NCBI GenBank assembly: GCA_963843845.1
Contig: CAWJMB010000002.1
Location: 2,240,001-2,304,000 of the forward strand
Source of the DNA: an uncultured Gemmatimonadaceae bacterium
GTDB taxonomy: Bacteria > Gemmatimonadota > Gemmatimonadetes > Gemmatimonadales > Gemmatimonadaceae
Reading direction: 5' to 3'
Length of the DNA stretch: 64,000 bases
In this document: piece by piece, positions 10,399 through 21,414 of the stretch
How positions within the stretch are numbered: the stretch's first letter is position 1
Layout of the letters: each line of letters starts with the position of its first letter
Notes under the pieces: model-generated
Seen by the model: the letters and a program-made list of their open reading frames with translations, nothing else
What the model was told of the DNA's origin: nothing
Database searches by the model: none
Position numbers and translations under genes: made by a program

Positions 10399-11373
10399 CT
10401 AGCGGCTGGACGACGTACGCGCCGCGCGGAACGCCTGGGCGGATGCGGCGAGCCCGGCATCGACGCTCTCGGGCGGCCGCCAGCCGAGCGCCCGTCGGAT
10501 CTTCGTCGAGTCCACCCGAAGCGATCCGATCATCCGGTCCGCTTCCTGACGACGCCCGACGGCCGCCGCAGCGGCCCGGATCACCGGTGCGGGCACGGCG
10601 AACAATCGTGCCGGCCCGCCCAGCTGCTCTGCGAGGCGCGCGACGAGCTCCGAAGTCGACAGATCCTCGCCGTCGCTCACGTGAAAGAGCTGATTGCGTG
10701 CGGCAGGCTCCACACAGCACTGCAGCAGAGCGTCAGCGAGGTTCTCGACATAGATCAAGCTCCGGGCATTCTGGATGCCGCCGAGCGGGAGCGGGACGCG
10801 CCGCGCCAGGTCGGCGAGCGCGAGCAGTCGACGAAAGTTGCCGCCGACCCCTGGACCGTACACGAGCGGCGGGCGAACGACCACGGCTTCGATCGTCCCG
10901 GCGGCCCCCATCGCGAGCAGCGCGCCTTCCGCGGCGAGCTTCGAGATGCCGTACGGATCGATCGGCGCAGGCGCATACTCTTCACGGAGCGGCAGCACGC
11001 TCTCTTCCGCCGCAGCCTTGATGGAGCTGACGAACACCACGCGTTTCACCCTGGCCTTCGCGGCAGCGTCGGCCAACCGTCGTGTCGCATCGACGTTCAT
11101 GGCCGCGTACCGTTCGGCCGCATCCGCTGCCGTCTCGTTCAACACGTGCACCCGAGCGGCGAGGTGTACCACGCAGTCCACCCCCGCCACCGCATCCGAC
11201 CAGTCCACGGGCAGCGCGAGATCGCCCACGACGGCCGCGCGGCATCCGGGAACCAGCCGCTCGACCGACGCCGCGCTCCGTACCGCGGCGACGATGGCAT
11301 GCCCCTCGGCCACCAACCGCACGCACAGCCGTCGCCCGACGAAGCCGGTGGCTCCTGTGACTAGAATTCGCAT
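10399..11373 (-). CDS. NAD-dependent epimerase/dehydratase (WbpK/WbpV-like)
   Basis: 'TGATGFVG', 'HLAARVH', YxxxK 'YGISK' and 'RPPLVYGPG'. Confidence 0.92.
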   Translation of the reverse strand: MRILVTGATGFVGRRLCVRLVAEGHAIVAAVRSAASVERLVPGCRAAVVGDLALPVDWSDAVAGVDCVVHLAARVHVLNETAADAAERYAAMNVDATRRLADAAAKARVKRVVFVSSIKAAAEESVLPLREEYAPAPIDPYGISKLAAEGALLAMGAAGTIEAVVVRPPLVYGPGVGGNFRRLLALADLARRVPLPLGGIQNARSLIYVENLADALLQCCVEPAARNQLFHVSDGEDLSTSELVARLAEQLGGPARLFAVPAPVIRAAAAAVGRRQEADRMIGSLRVDSTKIRRALGWRPPESVDAGLAASAQAFRAARTSSSR

Positions 11374-11408
11374 CCCGTGCGTATGTCGCGAGGCGGCGAG
11401 GCCAGGGA

Positions 11409-12635
11409 TCAGCGTGCGGCCGCGCTGCCGCCGCGGAGTAGCGCGTCGTAGGTATCGAGCGTGATCCGGACGACATGCTCGATGCCGAATTCGCGCTCGG
11501 CACGCCGTCGCCCGGCGACGCCGAGCGCACGACAGCGGTCGGGGTCCGCGAGCAACCGCGCCAGTGCCGTCGCGAGTGCCTCGGCGTCACGTGGCCTCAC
11601 CAACACGCCCTCGATGCCGTCCGTCACGACGTCGCGGCATCCCGGGACATCCGTCGCCACGATCGGGCGCGCGCACGCTGCGGCTTCGAGGAGAACCTTC
11701 GGGCACCCCTCGCGATACGTCGGCAGACAGACGATCGTCGCCTCGGCGAGGACTCTCGGCATGTCGTCGCGGAGCCCCCACCACTCGATGACACCCTCCG
11801 CCTGCCATCGAGCGAGCTGCTCGGTCGACACGCTCGTCGGATTCGCGTCGGTGTCGCCGACGAGCACGAAACGCGCATCCATGCCTCGCGCGCGCAACGT
11901 GCGGGCCGCTTCGACGAACTCCCCGACGCCTTTGTCCCACAGCATCCGCGCGGCGAGCATCACCACCGGGACGCCATCGGGGACCCGTGACGCCTGGAAC
12001 GTCTGGAGGTCGACCCCCGACCCCACGGTGGTGACGACCGACGAGGCCGCGACGATGCCCCGCGCCACGAACTCGTCGCGGTCAGTCGTGTTCTGCAGGA
12101 TCAACCGCTGTCCGGGATGGCCGAGCACCCCGCGGAGAGCCGCCTTCGCCACGAAGCGCGCGAGCCCTGACAGCCGACCTCGCCGAGTGAACACATAGCC
12201 GAGGCCGGCGACGGCGTTCACGACCGCAGGTACGCGCCGTGCGCGCGCCGCGACACTCCCGTACAGAACGAGCTTGATCCCGACGTGATGCGTGATCGCC
12301 GGCTGCAGCGCGCCATAGAGGCGGGACAGCGCAACGATCGTGGCCGCTTCTCGCCACGGTCGCGTGCCCTGCCGCTCCAACGGGAACGGATGTAGCGGAA
12401 ACTCCTCACGCGCCAGCTCCGCATAGCCGAGTCCGTCCCGAGGAACGGCGATGTGGACGTCGTAGCCGGCGATCCGCGCCGCGCGCGCGAGCGGGAGGCG
12501 GTGGGTCGAGAAGAAACGCGGCTGACCGCAGACGAACAGCAAGCGTCCACGGCTCGGTTCCGCGCGCGCCGCCTCCGGGCCCTGCATCGGGGGGGCGGAT
12601 CGGCCCGCAACTCCACTCACCACGCTTGGATCCAC
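11409..12635 (-). CDS. Glycosyltransferase family 4 (CapM/PglA-like)
   Basis: 'FFSTHRLPLA', 'ARMLWDKGVGEF' and 'YREGCPKVLLEAAAC...DVPGC'. Confidence 0.92.
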   Translation of the reverse strand: MDPSVVSGVAGRSAPPMQGPEAARAEPSRGRLLFVCGQPRFFSTHRLPLARAARIAGYDVHIAVPRDGLGYAELAREEFPLHPFPLERQGTRPWREAATIVALSRLYGALQPAITHHVGIKLVLYGSVAARARRVPAVVNAVAGLGYVFTRRGRLSGLARFVAKAALRGVLGHPGQRLILQNTTDRDEFVARGIVAASSVVTTVGSGVDLQTFQASRVPDGVPVVMLAARMLWDKGVGEFVEAARTLRARGMDARFVLVGDTDANPTSVSTEQLARWQAEGVIEWWGLRDDMPRVLAEATIVCLPTYREGCPKVLLEAAACARPIVATDVPGCRDVVTDGIEGVLVRPRDAEALATALARLLADPDRCRALGVAGRRRAEREFGIEHVVRITLDTYDALLRGGSAAAR

Positions 12636-12797
12636 TGCATATCGGAAGGCGACGTGACCGCCTCGTCGACGAGCCGACGTGCATCGACGGTCCAGTGATG
12701 GCTACGGCAAATCGCGGATCCGTCTGCTGTCGAGAACGCTCGAGCCACGCGCGAACTACCGTAGAGTCGTTTCGGCCGTCGGCGGCCCGGATCGCGT

Positions 12798-12803
12798 TAC
12801 TAT
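12798..12803 (+). promoter_or_regulatory. Putative -10 element (TACTAT) 7 nt upstream of ATG 12811, possible leaderless promoter
   Basis: TAnnnT hexamer in an AT-rich patch directly before the start; no Shine-Dalgarno visible. Confidence 0.4.
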
Positions 12804-12810
12804 AGTCGAT

Positions 12811-13935
12811 ATGCGCCGGCCTCGTGTATCGGTCTCTTCGCGCCGCCGTGTCGCGCGTACCACTGCGGGGCTCGCGTTCGCGGTCGTCTGCCTGTCGGCG
12901 CTGGTCGGCTTCGCGCCTCTGCCCGACGCGGCCACGCGCGTGCTCGTCCGCAGCGCGTCCACGTGGATCTCGACCGACTACGGCGCCACTCGACGGGACG
13001 GCCTGCACCTCGCCCGGTACGTCGAGCGGAAGTTCGTCGCGTCACTCGCCGAGTACGGCCTCGCGGAAATGTTTCGTCGTCACCACCCCGTGCCCGACGA
13101 GGCCGACGAGGTCTCCCGGATCGCGGCGCGTCTCACGGCCGTTCGCGCGACGATTCTCAGCCAGCGCGAGCTTCCACACCGCGCCGGGAGCTGGCCGGTG
13201 TCGCTCTCCGGGATCGGCTGGTGCGACCAGATCAACGGCGTCGTCGCCATGATCCTCGCGGCCGAGTTCGATCCGGTCGACCTCGTGGGGGTGGTGGATC
13301 CTGTCACCGGTGCGGGTCACACGATCGGCCGAGCATGGTCGGACGACGGGGGCCAGTGGCTCTACTTCGACGTCTGGGGTGATCGCGCCGTCGTCTTCAC
13401 GGCCGCGCGCCAGGCGCAGGTGCGCATGCTGGCTGAGATCACCGTACCGTCCGAGGCTCCGCTGGATGCGAGCACCACGGCACTCCTGACGCGATTCTGG
13501 CAGCAGGCGCCGCTCGGCGTGCCGTTCAATCGGTTCGGCGCGACCTTCGGCGAGTATCTCTGGTTGAAGGCGCAGCGACGGTACCGCGAGCAGCCTCCCT
13601 CCCCTGCGGACGACACACCCGCGGGCGACACGCCGGGAATGCCGCGCGGAGCGGTCGTGGCGCGTTCGGGCGTCGTGGTGCCGCCCGGCTCGTTGCCGAT
13701 CGACCCGCTTCCGCGTCTCGCGGCGAACCGGTTCCTCGAGGCCCGACTGGCACAGTTCGCCGACGACACCGTGGCCGCTCGCGTCGCGTACCGCGATGCG
13801 ATCCACGCGGCGGCAGGCGGGCCACACGGCGCGCTTCGCGAAGCCGCGGCCATGCATCTCCGGCGCCTGACCGCGTCGGCCCCGCTCGCCAGTGCTCCGA
13901 TGCCCCGCACGAATCCCGACGCGCCGCACGAATGA
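12811..13935 (+). CDS. Membrane-anchored/exported transglutaminase-like (Cys-His-Asp) protein
   Basis: Basic N-terminus plus hydrophobic segment, then 'GIGWCDQIN...GHTIGRAW...WLYFDVW', matching transglutaminase-like catalytic triad spacing. Confidence 0.6.
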   Translation: MRRPRVSVSSRRRVARTTAGLAFAVVCLSALVGFAPLPDAATRVLVRSASTWISTDYGATRRDGLHLARYVERKFVASLAEYGLAEMFRRHHPVPDEADEVSRIAARLTAVRATILSQRELPHRAGSWPVSLSGIGWCDQINGVVAMILAAEFDPVDLVGVVDPVTGAGHTIGRAWSDDGGQWLYFDVWGDRAVVFTAARQAQVRMLAEITVPSEAPLDASTTALLTRFWQQAPLGVPFNRFGATFGEYLWLKAQRRYREQPPSPADDTPAGDTPGMPRGAVVARSGVVVPPGSLPIDPLPRLAANRFLEARLAQFADDTVAARVAYRDAIHAAAGGPHGALREAAAMHLRRLTASAPLASAPMPRTNPDAPHE

Positions 13936-15440
13936 CGTCTCTTCGTCGCAACGTCTCGGCGAATCTGCTCTCCAACGTCTGGTCGACGGCGCTCTCACTG
14001 CTTCTCACCCCGGTCTACGTCCGGGTGCTGGGCGTGGAGAGTTATGGGCTGGTCGGGTTCTACATGTCGTGGGTCTCGATCCTGGCGATCCTCGACACGG
14101 GCATCTCGGCGACGGCGACCCGCGAAGTCGCATGGCTCCGCGCGAGCGACGAGCGACGCGGGGAGGTCCCCATCGTGCTGCGAAGCCTCGAAGTCGTGTA
14201 CTGGCTCCTCGTCTCGCTCGTCGGCGGGGCGTTGCTCGCAGCCGCGTGGTGGGTCGGAGACCGGTGGTTCACAGCCTACACGATCCCGCCGGCGACCGTG
14301 CGCGACGCGATGGCACTCATGGCGCTGTCGCTCGTCGTGCAGGTGCCGTCCGGGTTGTACGTCGGTGGCCTGATCGGCCTCCAGCGGCAGGTGGAGTCAT
14401 CCGGCCTCCTCGCTCTCTTCGGGACTGTCCGCGGGTTCGGAGCGCTCGCGGTGTTGTGGTTCGTCTCGCGAGACATCCGCGCATTCTTCCTCTGGCAGAT
14501 CGTGTCGTCGGCGCTCCAGACCGGTGTCCTACGGATGGCGCTGTGGCGCGCGAGCCACGTGGCCGGCTCACCAGCGCGCTTCTCCCTGAGCCGCGTGCAC
14601 GCGCTGAAAGGCTTCGCCGGGATCGTCATCCTCGTCAGCGCCATCAGCGTGATCATGGCGCAGTCCGACAAGCTCATCCTCAGCAGGTCCGTCTCGCTCG
14701 AGGAGCTGGGCTACTACATGGTCGCATGGACAGTCGCGGCAGGCCTCTCCCGCGTCGTCGTCCCACTCGTCCACGCATTCAGCCCGCGCTTCACTGCGCT
14801 CGTCGCCCGCGGCGACACGGTGGCCCTGGCGGCGGAGTTCGGGCTCGCGAATCGGCTGCTGAGCGCCGTCGTCATCGCCCCCGCCGTCGTCCTCAGCGTG
14901 CTCGCCGAGCCGATTCTCTCCATCTGGCTGGGATCCAGATCCGTCGCCGCCCCCGCGGCGTCACTCCTCCCCCTGCTGGTGGCAGGAGTGACGTTCGTGG
15001 GATGCTCGTTCCCCGCGCAGAGCGTGCTGTACAGCAAGAACGAAACGCGCTCCGTGCTGCGCACCCAGTTGGCGACGACGGTCACCTTCCTCCCCGCCCT
15101 CGTGTGGGCGGCGCACCGCTTCGGTGCCACAGGGGCGGCTACGACCTGGGCCGCGTACGGTGTCGCCCAGTACGTCGCATTTCAGGCGACCGCACTGCGA
15201 AGCGCCGGTGTGCGCGTCGTACCCGCGCTGGCGCGTGACTTCGCGGCGCCGCTCCTCGCTGCCGCCGTCGTCGCGGCGCCGTTCGTCGAGCTGGTGAGCA
15301 TCGTCCGCGGACGCCTCGCCGTCGTGGCCGTCATCGGCGTCGCGCTCGCCGTCGCCTGGATCGCGTCCGCCCTCGCGGCAGGCGATCTCCGAACCAGGCT
15401 ACTCCACCAGCTCGGGCGAGCGTCCCGAGCCACTGTCTAG
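13932..15440 (+). CDS. wzx: Wzx-type oligosaccharide flippase
   Basis: Multi-TM MOP-family protein: 'LRRNVSANLL', 'LGVESYGLVG', 'LDTGIS', 'QSDKLILS...LGYY'. Confidence 0.9.
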   Translation: MTSLRRNVSANLLSNVWSTALSLLLTPVYVRVLGVESYGLVGFYMSWVSILAILDTGISATATREVAWLRASDERRGEVPIVLRSLEVVYWLLVSLVGGALLAAAWWVGDRWFTAYTIPPATVRDAMALMALSLVVQVPSGLYVGGLIGLQRQVESSGLLALFGTVRGFGALAVLWFVSRDIRAFFLWQIVSSALQTGVLRMALWRASHVAGSPARFSLSRVHALKGFAGIVILVSAISVIMAQSDKLILSRSVSLEELGYYMVAWTVAAGLSRVVVPLVHAFSPRFTALVARGDTVALAAEFGLANRLLSAVVIAPAVVLSVLAEPILSIWLGSRSVAAPAASLLPLLVAGVTFVGCSFPAQSVLYSKNETRSVLRTQLATTVTFLPALVWAAHRFGATGAATTWAAYGVAQYVAFQATALRSAGVRVVPALARDFAAPLLAAAVVAAPFVELVSIVRGRLAVVAVIGVALAVAWIASALAAGDLRTRLLHQLGRASRATV

Positions 15441-15480
15441 CGCGGCCGCGTCCCCCCGCGCGACGCGACGGCGCTACCGT

Positions 15481-17437
15481 TCATGGCGTCGCGCGCATCG
15501 AGCGCAGCCAGGCCTGGAGCATGAGCACGCCCCACAGACGGGATGCATGATTGCCACGACGTTCCTGCTGCTCCGTCCAGGTGGCACGGATGAGCGCTGG
15601 GTCCAGGATGCCCCCGTCGCGCAGCGATCGCTCGTCCAGCAGCTCCTCCGCCCACGCTCGAAGGGGGCCCCGCAGCCATGCGTCGATGGGCACGCCGAAG
15701 CCCATCTTCGGGCGGTTCATCATGGCATCGGGAACGTACCGGGACAGCACGCGCCGGAGGATCCACTTTCCGCGGCCGTCCCGAACCTTCATGGACAGCG
15801 GTAGGCGCCAGGCGAACTCGACGACTCGGTGGTCGAGGAAGGGCATGCGTCCCTCGAGGCTCACCGCCATGCTGGCACGATCGACCTTCGTGAGGATGTC
15901 GCCCGGCAGGTAGCTCACCGTGTCGAGCAGCATCATCTCGTCAGCGAACTCCGCGAAGCCACTCCGCGTCGCGGGGTCGGTGATCGGCGCGAGTGGCTCG
16001 GCGATTCCGTGCACGAGCGCCGAGGGCGCCGGCCATGAGCTCGAGAGCTCGTGATACAAGGCGAACCGATCCTGCGCGCCGAGATACCCGGCAGCAGCCG
16101 TCACGCCGTGGCGAAGTCGCGAGGCGGTCGCTCGCCGCGCGACGACGCGCTCCCACACGGCCGCGGGGATTCGATTCAGGCCGCGGGCCGCGGCCCGGCG
16201 CACGAACCGCGGCACCGGCGCCAGCGTACGCCACAAGCGCGCGCCGCTCGTGTGCCGCCGGTAGCCAGCGAAGAGCTCGTCGCCGCCATCGCCCGACAGC
16301 GCGACCGTCACGTGAGCGCGCGCGAGTCGAGAGACGAGAAACGTCGGAATCTGCGACGAGTCGGCGAATGGCTCGTCGTACATCGACGGCAGCAGCGGGA
16401 CCACGCTCATCGCCGTGTCCGGCGATGACGTACAGCTCCGTGTGGTCGCGTCCCGAGGTGCTCGAGCGACCTCGGCGGCGTGTACGGCCTCGTTGTAACC
16501 CGGCCTCGGCGAAGCCGATCGTGAACGTGCGCACCGGGCGCGTGCGCCTGCGCCTGCATGAGCGCGACGACCGTGGACGAGTCGATCCCGCCGGAGAGGA
16601 ACGCTCCGAGCGGAACGTCCGCCTGCATGCGGAGCGCGACCGCGTCGCGCAGCAGCGTGTCGAGCGCATCCTCGGCGTCCTGCGGAGAGCCCGCGAACCG
16701 GTCGGCCGCGCCGGCGAGTGCGGCGCGGTGTGCCGACCAGTACGACTCGACAGACGGTGCGTGGCGACGGCCGATCGCGTCCCACGAGAGAGTGAGCAGC
16801 GCACCCGGCTCGAGCTTCGAGATGCCGGACCAGATGGTGTAGGGCGCCGGCACATAGTTGTAACGCAGGTACAGCGCGACGGCGCCGCGATCGACCGTTC
16901 CGGTCGCACGCCGGGTGCGCGTAGAACGCCTTCAGCTCGGAGCCGAACAGAAACGTCGACCCGACCCACCCGTAGTACATCGGCTTCTCGCCGAGCCGAT
17001 CGCGCGAGAGGTAGAGGCGTGCGTTCCGCACGGTCCCAGAGCGCGAACGCGAACATGCCGTTGAACCGCTCGAGCGCGCCGCGAACGCCCCACCGCTCGA
17101 ACGCCGCGAGCATGACCTCGGTGTCGGAGTGGCCGCGCCACTGCGGCGGCTCTGGGCCGCGCCCGAGCTCCTGGCGAAGGTCTCGGTGGTTGTAGATCTC
17201 GCCGTTGAAGGCGAGCGCGTAGCGTCCGCCGGCGGACGCCATCGGCTGGTGCCCTTCCGGAGACAGGTCGACGATCGAGAGCCGCCGGTGGCCGAGCGCC
17301 ACCCCGGCCTCCCCGCACACGAACGCGCCCGCGTCGTCTGGCCCGCGATGGCGGATCGCGTCGCTCATGCGGTCGACCTGTGCGTTCAGCTCGATCGGTG
17401 GCGCGGGCGCGCCGATGAAACCGCAGACTCCACACAT
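15481..17437 (-). CDS. asnB: Asparagine synthase (glutamine-hydrolysing) family amidotransferase; frameshifted in this sequence
   Basis: Ntn start 'MCGVCG', 'HRRLSIVDLS', 'FNGEIYNH', 'FLSGGIDSS', 'LSGDGGDELFAGY' and 'KVDRASMAVSLE', spread over several reading frames. Confidence 0.9.
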
Positions 17438-17638
17438 GCTCAGCTCGTTTTGCGGCGACTCGTCCGGTGTCGGCTCCAGCGCTTGTCCGCACGCGGCGGG
17501 GAGATTCCGCCATGGCACGTCGCGCAACATAGCCGTCCGCACGGAACGTACGGAAATCGGGACCTAGCCCCGTTTCGACCAGCTACCTTCTCCTCGCCCG
17601 CGCGACCGCGCGCCGGCTGATCACCCGCGCTCACCCTC

Positions 17639-18814
17639 GTGTCCGACACCCCGCCCGCTCGCCTCCGCATCGCACACGTCGTCCCGGCGCTCACGAAAGG
17701 TGGCGCCGAACGCGTCGTCGTCGAGCTGCTCCGTCATGCGGTCGCCGACGGCCACGACGTCACCTGCATCGTGGGATGGGAGACCCCGCCCCCGGGCGTG
17801 CGTCACATGGTGCCCGACGGTGTGCGACTCATGTTCGTCGAGCGGCGCCGGAGCGCCGTGCCGCTCCGGTATGCGCGCGCATCGGCGTGGGTGCTTCGAC
17901 ACCAGGCGCTGTTCCGCGAGTTCGACGTGCTGCACTGTCATCTCACGTACGGGGCGTTCGTCGGTCTGCACGTGGCGGTGCTGCGGGATCTCGCGCGCGA
18001 ACGGCGGCCGGCGGTCATCGAGTCGTATCAGGCGGTCGGCATGGGCATCACGAGTCTGCAGCGCAGAGCACACCGTCTCCTGGCCAGTCGTCGCGACGGT
18101 CTCGCGCTGATGGCTGACGACGAAAGCTGGGAGGCGTTCGCGCGACGGCGGCCCCGGTTGGTGTACCGCACGATTCCGAACGGAGTGAGCGATCCCCGCA
18201 TGCACGAGGTGAGCGCCGACGAGCGGCGTCGCTATCGGCGCAGCCTCGGGATCCCGGACTCGTGCACGCACGTCGTCGGGACGGTCGGCATGCTGCGCGC
18301 CGATCGGAAACCGTGGCGGTGGATCCCGATCTTCGCCGAGATCGCGCGCGCCGTCGGACCGCACGTGCACTTCCTGATCGTCGGCGACGGTCCCGAGCGC
18401 GCACGGATCGACGCGCTCATCGCGCAGCACCGCCTCGGCGGGCGGGTGCACGTCGCGGGCGTCGTCGATCAGGTCCGGATGCCGTTCTCGGTCATCGACC
18501 TCTATCTCACGGTCAACGTCGGCTCCGGAACGGGGATCGCTGCGACCGAAGCGTCACTCGCGGGCCTTCCCATCATCGCCTTGCAGTTCACCGCCGGTTT
18601 CCGCCCCGAGCCCGATCCGTGGATCTGGTCGAGCCCGGACGACATGGAAGTCGCGTCGCGAGCGGTCGAACTGCTTCGTGACGATCGCGCGCGCAGCGTG
18701 CTCGCGCGCAAGCAGCAGTCGTACGCCCGGGCGCATCACACGACCGAGGCGATGGCAGCTGCCTATGCGGACGTGTACCGCGCAGCGATGGGCGTGCGCT
18801 CGCGCCCTGCCTGA
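17639..18814 (+). CDS. Glycosyltransferase family 4
   Basis: 'IAHVVPALTKGGAERVVV', 'VGTVGML' and 'FLIVGDGPER'; GT-B fold pattern. Confidence 0.85.
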   Translation: MSDTPPARLRIAHVVPALTKGGAERVVVELLRHAVADGHDVTCIVGWETPPPGVRHMVPDGVRLMFVERRRSAVPLRYARASAWVLRHQALFREFDVLHCHLTYGAFVGLHVAVLRDLARERRPAVIESYQAVGMGITSLQRRAHRLLASRRDGLALMADDESWEAFARRRPRLVYRTIPNGVSDPRMHEVSADERRRYRRSLGIPDSCTHVVGTVGMLRADRKPWRWIPIFAEIARAVGPHVHFLIVGDGPERARIDALIAQHRLGGRVHVAGVVDQVRMPFSVIDLYLTVNVGSGTGIAATEASLAGLPIIALQFTAGFRPEPDPWIWSSPDDMEVASRAVELLRDDRARSVLARKQQSYARAHHTTEAMAAAYADVYRAAMGVRSRPA

Positions 18815-20181
18815 TCGTCGCGCCCGGCCTCACGGACGTCTCGACGCGCGCGGGCGAGGTAGGCCAGCAACAGCAGCATCGCCGGCAACACCTGGAGTCG
18901 GAATCGTACGGCGGTCCCGAGATTCTGGTACGAGATCGGGCCGTACACGACGGCCCAGAGCAGGATGAACGCGGTCGCCCAGAGCAGAATGGGATCGGCG
19001 AGATCGCGCCACCGCGCTCGCCGGATCGCTACGGCGAGCAGACAGAGCACCACCAGGTTTTCGAGGCCCGCGAGCGCGCCGAAGGCGTTCATGACCTCGC
19101 CGGGCAGGGGCCGGAAGAGCGCCGTCACCACCCCGAGCGGGATGAACTTGAGGAGCTCGACCGGGTTCGACAGGTTCGCGGCGAGCGTCTGAGCCGACCC
19201 GCCCTCTGCCCACGCCTGCGACGTCGTCTGCAGGAGGTCGAGGCTTTCGGAGAGTGTTTCCAGCGCGATGCGGTCGCGCAACGCGAACAGCAGGGTGCCG
19301 CCGAGGATCGCGCAGCAGATCACGACGAGCAGCTTTCGCCCGACGCCGCGAACGGACGCCACCGCGACGGCGGCGAGCGGGAGCAGGAGGATCGGGCCCA
19401 GCCACGAGCGGATCGCCATCGCGATCGGGAGCCCGACGAGGACGGCGAGTGCGCCCCGCTTCCGCCGCCCATGGAACACGGCGGTGAGTCCGTACGTCAC
19501 CAGCGCGATGCCGAGCAGCGCGATCGGGTCCTTGCCGAGGATCGACGACCAGAACAGGATGGACGGCACGCACGCGAGCGCGACGAAGACCGCTGGCCGC
19601 CGCTCGCCGATGACCAGGCACGCCGCGCGGTACAGCACGAAGATGCCGACCAGACCGATCATCGACCACGTCACTTTGAGCGCGTGGTACGACGACGGGA
19701 GCCAGCGCGCGTGCAGCCACGCGAGCGCCTGGATCATCCTCGTGCCGCCGGCGTCGCTTCCGATCCGCAGCTCCGACCACTCGTAGCGCGGCTCCTGCGA
19801 CGATTGGAAGTACCAGTAAGCGTCGAGCGCGGCGTAGTTCCACTCGTACAACAGCATGAAGCCGAGGGTGACGAGGCACTTGACCCCCCACATGCCCCAG
19901 AGTGCGCGGCGTTCGGCCGGCGTGACCGGCCACGCGGCGATGCTCAGGCCGAGGGCGACCGCCCAGACCACCCCTTTGACATAATCCACCGAGACGTCGG
20001 GCGACGAGATGTTCCGACCCAGCGCGGCGACGACCGCGAGTATGGCCGGCACGAGGAGCATCGCCACCCCGCCGCCGAGCGCGACGAGCGCTGTCACCTC
20101 GAGCGCATGACGGCCGCCGGCGGCACGCTCCGACACATCACCGGTACCGGCGCGAGCGTTCGCGCCAGCGCGCTGCCTCAT
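18763..20181 (-). CDS. Multi-pass membrane protein, putative Wzy-like polymerase
   Basis: About 10 TM segments, 'PSILFWSSILGKDPI', 'ALFRPLP' and 'NLGTAVRFRLQ'; coupled (ATGA) to a co-polymerase gene. Confidence 0.6.
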   Translation of the reverse strand: MRQRAGANARAGTGDVSERAAGGRHALEVTALVALGGGVAMLLVPAILAVVAALGRNISSPDVSVDYVKGVVWAVALGLSIAAWPVTPAERRALWGMWGVKCLVTLGFMLLYEWNYAALDAYWYFQSSQEPRYEWSELRIGSDAGGTRMIQALAWLHARWLPSSYHALKVTWSMIGLVGIFVLYRAACLVIGERRPAVFVALACVPSILFWSSILGKDPIALLGIALVTYGLTAVFHGRRKRGALAVLVGLPIAMAIRSWLGPILLLPLAAVAVASVRGVGRKLLVVICCAILGGTLLFALRDRIALETLSESLDLLQTTSQAWAEGGSAQTLAANLSNPVELLKFIPLGVVTALFRPLPGEVMNAFGALAGLENLVVLCLLAVAIRRARWRDLADPILLWATAFILLWAVVYGPISYQNLGTAVRFRLQVLPAMLLLLAYLARARRDVREAGRDDQAGRERTPIAARYTSA

Positions 20182-21203
20182 GGTGCGGGGCGGACGCGCG
20201 CTCGATCCCGCAACGTGAGCCAGACCACGCCCGCGGCGACGACCGTTCCGCCGACGAGGCCGCCGAACACCGCTTTGAGGAGCAGCCCACGAGGGTCGGG
20301 GCGATCCGGGAGCGAGGGGGGGTCGACGATCATCACGACCGGCGTGTCGCGCAGCTCGTCGATCTTCGACTGCTCGAGCGAGCGCGCGAGCGCGGAGTAG
20401 ACCTCCTCGTAGCGGCGTACCTCGCGCTCGAGCTGCCCCTCACGGAGCGCGAGCTGCGGAGAGAGAAAGCTCCGGTTCGACTCCCGGAACGTTCGCAGAC
20501 GCTGCTCCGCCAGCGCGAGCTCGGCCGCGACGTCGCTGAGGCGGCCCTCCGTGAACCTGCGCTCTGCGCCGGCCTGCGACTGGCTCGACTGCTGATTGAA
20601 CCGCGTGACCTCCGACAGCACGCGCGCGGTGACTTGTTGGGCGAGCGCCGCGGACCCCGTCGTCGCCGACACCGAGATGATCCCCGTCTTCGGGTTGAAG
20701 CTGCTCCCGATGACCCGCGTCTGGAGCCGCCGAACGGTTTCGGCGGTCAGGCGGCCGGTGTCGGCTCGCGGCACGTCGATCTCGAGCGCATCGGGGAGCG
20801 TGACGGGCCGCGGCGTCGTGCCACACGGATCGCAGTAGCGGGCCCCGACGACGGCGGCCAGCACGCTGCGCGACCTGATGACGTCGACGTACAGCGCCGG
20901 CGACTGCGCCGCGTCCGCAGTCGGCAGCGAGATGCCGAACTGCGAGGCGAGGCCGGCGAACGACGGAGCGCTCCGCGCGCCACGCAGCACGAACGTCGCC
21001 GACGAGGTGTAGGTGCGGTGGCGAACGCCCTCGCGCGCGCCGACCGCGAGGACGGCCAGCACGGCGCCCGCGACGATCACGCGCCGCCGGTGCGCCAGCG
21101 CGGCCAGCACGGCGCGCGCCTGATCGGACGCGTCGGGCACGGCCGCCGCGGGGGGTCGCCGCGCGGAGGAACCGTCTTCCACAGTCGTTGGGAGGCTGGA
21201 CAC
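20178..21203 (-). CDS. Wzz/GumC-like chain-length determinant
   Basis: TM, 'YTSSATF', 'GLASQFGI', 'DVIRSRSVL', coiled coil, 'IVDPPSLP' and C-terminal TM; GTG start at 21203 inferred. Confidence 0.8.
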   Translation of the reverse strand: MSSLPTTVEDGSSARRPPAAAVPDASDQARAVLAALAHRRRVIVAGAVLAVLAVGAREGVRHRTYTSSATFVLRGARSAPSFAGLASQFGISLPTADAAQSPALYVDVIRSRSVLAAVVGARYCDPCGTTPRPVTLPDALEIDVPRADTGRLTAETVRRLQTRVIGSSFNPKTGIISVSATTGSAALAQQVTARVLSEVTRFNQQSSQSQAGAERRFTEGRLSDVAAELALAEQRLRTFRESNRSFLSPQLALREGQLEREVRRYEEVYSALARSLEQSKIDELRDTPVVMIVDPPSLPDRPDPRGLLLKAVFGGLVGGTVVAAGVVWLTLRDRARVRPAP

Positions 21204-21414
21204 GCGCGAAAGGTAATGAGCCGCGGCGACGCCACCTCGGGATGGACGGACGCGTACGCGCACGCCTCGGGCGACGGTCGCGAAACCGATCGCGTGGACG
21301 CGACCGCGCGGGGGAAATACATTTCCGCGCCGCGCGCACCTCGCGCCCGGCCGCTCGCGGACGGACGCCTCCCGTTCATCGGCGCACCGCGCGTCCCCCC
21401 CCCTGCACATCGCT

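Noticed and set aside
18763..18814. 52-nt convergent overlap between GT4 and the Wzy-like gene
   Set aside because: Stop codons are scarce at this GC content, so tail overlaps are common; no sign of function.
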